From the IMG/VR virus record IMGVR_UViG_3300027832_000084: a stretch of DNA of 27,916 bases, one strand, 5' to 3'. This DNA comes from a virus. The notes below the pieces were generated by a model. That model did no database searches and was not told where the DNA came from. It saw nothing but the letters and a program-made list of their open reading frames with translations. This document shows positions 26,642-27,916 of the stretch, piece by piece (the stretch's first letter is position 1; every line of letters starts with the position of its first letter). The position numbers and the translations under genes are program-made.

Positions 26642-27208
26642 TTACCTAGGTACACATCTAGTCCCGTAAACTCTAAGATTTGGATTAGTACAGTACCAAG
26701 TACCTCCTGCACCGTTTCTACCACCCTTATGTACTGCGTTGGTTGGTGTAACATCATTTACTGCATTTAAGTTGGGTACGGTAGCATTATATTTAATTGC
26801 GCAGCCAGTTGTATTTAATTGAGTTAAAGTTAAACCAGTATTTTGTGATACATAAGTTTGAACACATCTCATACATTTTTGATATGTACCTTGTAAGTTA
26901 TTAACTAAACTACCACAAATTCTTTCATATAAAAAATTCATTGATATATTAACTATAATAGGTGGTGGTGTTGTTATAGTAGTTGTATACACTATATTTG
27001 TTTTTATTTTTGTTGATTGAAGTATTTCTAAAGGATTATTAGTTACAAAAATTCTTGCTGGTGGATTAGTAACATTATTATTAATATAAACAGTTAGTTC
27101 TTGTTTTTCCTCATTTGACATATTATACAGTAATTGAGCAATAGTTTGAATGTAATTTCCGTTTATAAGTGGTACGTTGTCTGGCACGTTGTCTGCTAAG
27201 TTGTTCAT
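26642..27208 (-). CDS. Orphan cysteine-rich protein
   Basis: 188 aa. The N-terminus has a DNVPDNVP repeat, the middle is T/P/I-rich, and the C-terminal half has six Cys (including CMRC) and ends GGRNGAGGTWYCTNPNLRVYGTRCVPR. The C-terminal half appears to have higher GC than the rest of the genome. No signal peptide seen. Confidence 0.6.
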   Translation of the reverse strand: MNNLADNVPDNVPLINGNYIQTIAQLLYNMSNEEKQELTVYINNNVTNPPARIFVTNNPLEILQSTKIKTNIVYTTTITTPPPIIVNISMNFLYERICGSLVNNLQGTYQKCMRCVQTYVSQNTGLTLTQLNTTGCAIKYNATVPNLNAVNDVTPTNAVHKGGRNGAGGTWYCTNPNLRVYGTRCVPR

Positions 27209-27249
27209 AGTTTTTAGTTTTAGTTTAATTGTTATCTAATATAAATATC
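27209..27249 (-). promoter_or_regulatory. Conserved leader/promoter element, copy B
   Basis: On the plus strand, AGTTTTTAGTTTTAGTTTAATTGTTATCTAATATAAATATC abuts the start codon of the 188-aa gene. Confidence 0.6.
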
Positions 27250-27825
27250 AAAAAACATTAACTTATTCAAATTATTTTAATTTTATTTTCTTAACATAAT
27301 TGTTAAAATATTAACAAATGGTAGGTTTAACTCCTTTAGGTATTGAAGATTGCTAACGCTTGTTGAGTATTATTATTTAAATGAATATCTTTTACGTTTT
27401 AATGATGCCTAAGGAACTTTATCTTGCTTGAAGTATGTTTATATGTAAATAGATTATTCTATACCTTAAATCAAATAAAATAAATTAAGTTGAAGTTATT
27501 ATGTCATTAAATAGATTAACAAATAAATAAAAATACTACGTAGTTGAGTTATTGTTTAATTATTAGTTAATAAGATAATATATCAAATAAGATTATCTAA
27601 GAAACTATTTCTATTTAAATGAATCAATGTATTACTTTATAATTATAATCCATTAGAAGTTAAATAAAAGGTACTACGGTTAATTGAATTAGTTTGTTTT
27701 AAGTTATAAGAAAGATATAATTCAATTCAATAAATTAAAAAGAAATTCTATCAACAAATGTTATTGTATTTATAGTATTATTACTAATTTTATTTCTAAT
27801 CTAATTACTAATCTAATATAAGGGG

Positions 27826-27916
27826 TTCAGTTACACCTACCCCCCTGTTGTAGTTACACCTACCCCCCTGTTGTAGTTACACCTACCCCCCTGTTGTAGT
27901 TACACCTACCCCCCTG
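27826..27916. repeat. Right terminal array: one degenerate copy, two full copies and one truncated copy of the 23-bp unit
   Basis: 27826-27848 is TTCAGTTACACCTACCCCCCTGT (degenerate). Exact copies are at 27849-27871 and 27872-27894. The last copy, 27895-27916, lacks the final T. Confidence 0.95.

Noticed and set aside
26103-27208. The minus-strand cassette considered as a lysogeny module (repressor plus integrase).
   Set aside because: No integrase, recombinase or excisionase-like ORF occurs anywhere in the window. Only a small HTH protein is present, so temperate status cannot be supported.
27821-27850. A tRNA-like T-arm (GGTTCAG) or a GGGG/CCCC hairpin at the inner edge of the right array. 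Also, possible G-quadruplex formation by the G6 tracts on the minus strand.
   Set aside because: No acceptor, D or anticodon arms can be drawn around the GGTTCAG. The G-tracts are 17 nt apart, which is far longer than canonical G4 loops. These ideas are speculative, with nothing in the sequence to support them.

Overview
The window looks like a complete, or nearly complete, tailed dsDNA phage genome of about 27.9 kb. It is very AT-rich (roughly 30% GC by eye). Bases 1-68 are identical to bases 27849-27916, and both ends consist of tandem copies of a C-rich 23-bp unit. The host is probably Bacteroidota/Flavobacteriia: two early promoters carry TAnnTTTG -7 boxes, and starts have A-rich contexts with no Shine-Dalgarno.

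Layout:
- Early module, 326-3513 (+): small HTH proteins, a sigma-70-family factor and a PD-(D/E)xK-like protein. It ends at a strong terminator.
- Packaging, morphogenesis and lysis operon, 3601-25890 (+): TerS candidate, TerL, a second sigma-like protein, a frameshifted gene pair, large tail/fibre proteins, tape measure, XkdF-like protease/scaffold, major capsid, portal, holin and M15 endolysin.
- Divergent minus-strand cassette, 26103-27208, followed by about 600 bp with no ORFs.

The most unusual feature is in TerL. It carries a 270-aa intein (5646-6455) inserted in its C-terminal nuclease motif. An unmistakable HNH endonuclease ORF (5864-6400) lies inside that intein but in a different reading frame, so 537 nt appear to be dual-coding.

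Other notable points are a T_TTT_TTT -1 frameshift site, the terminal iteron-like arrays, two sigma-like genes, a duplicated leader in front of two minus-strand genes, and a cysteine-rich orphan protein.

I recognised no integrase, DNA polymerase, helicase, primase, tRNA or CRISPR. All functional calls rest on motifs read by eye; no database search was possible.
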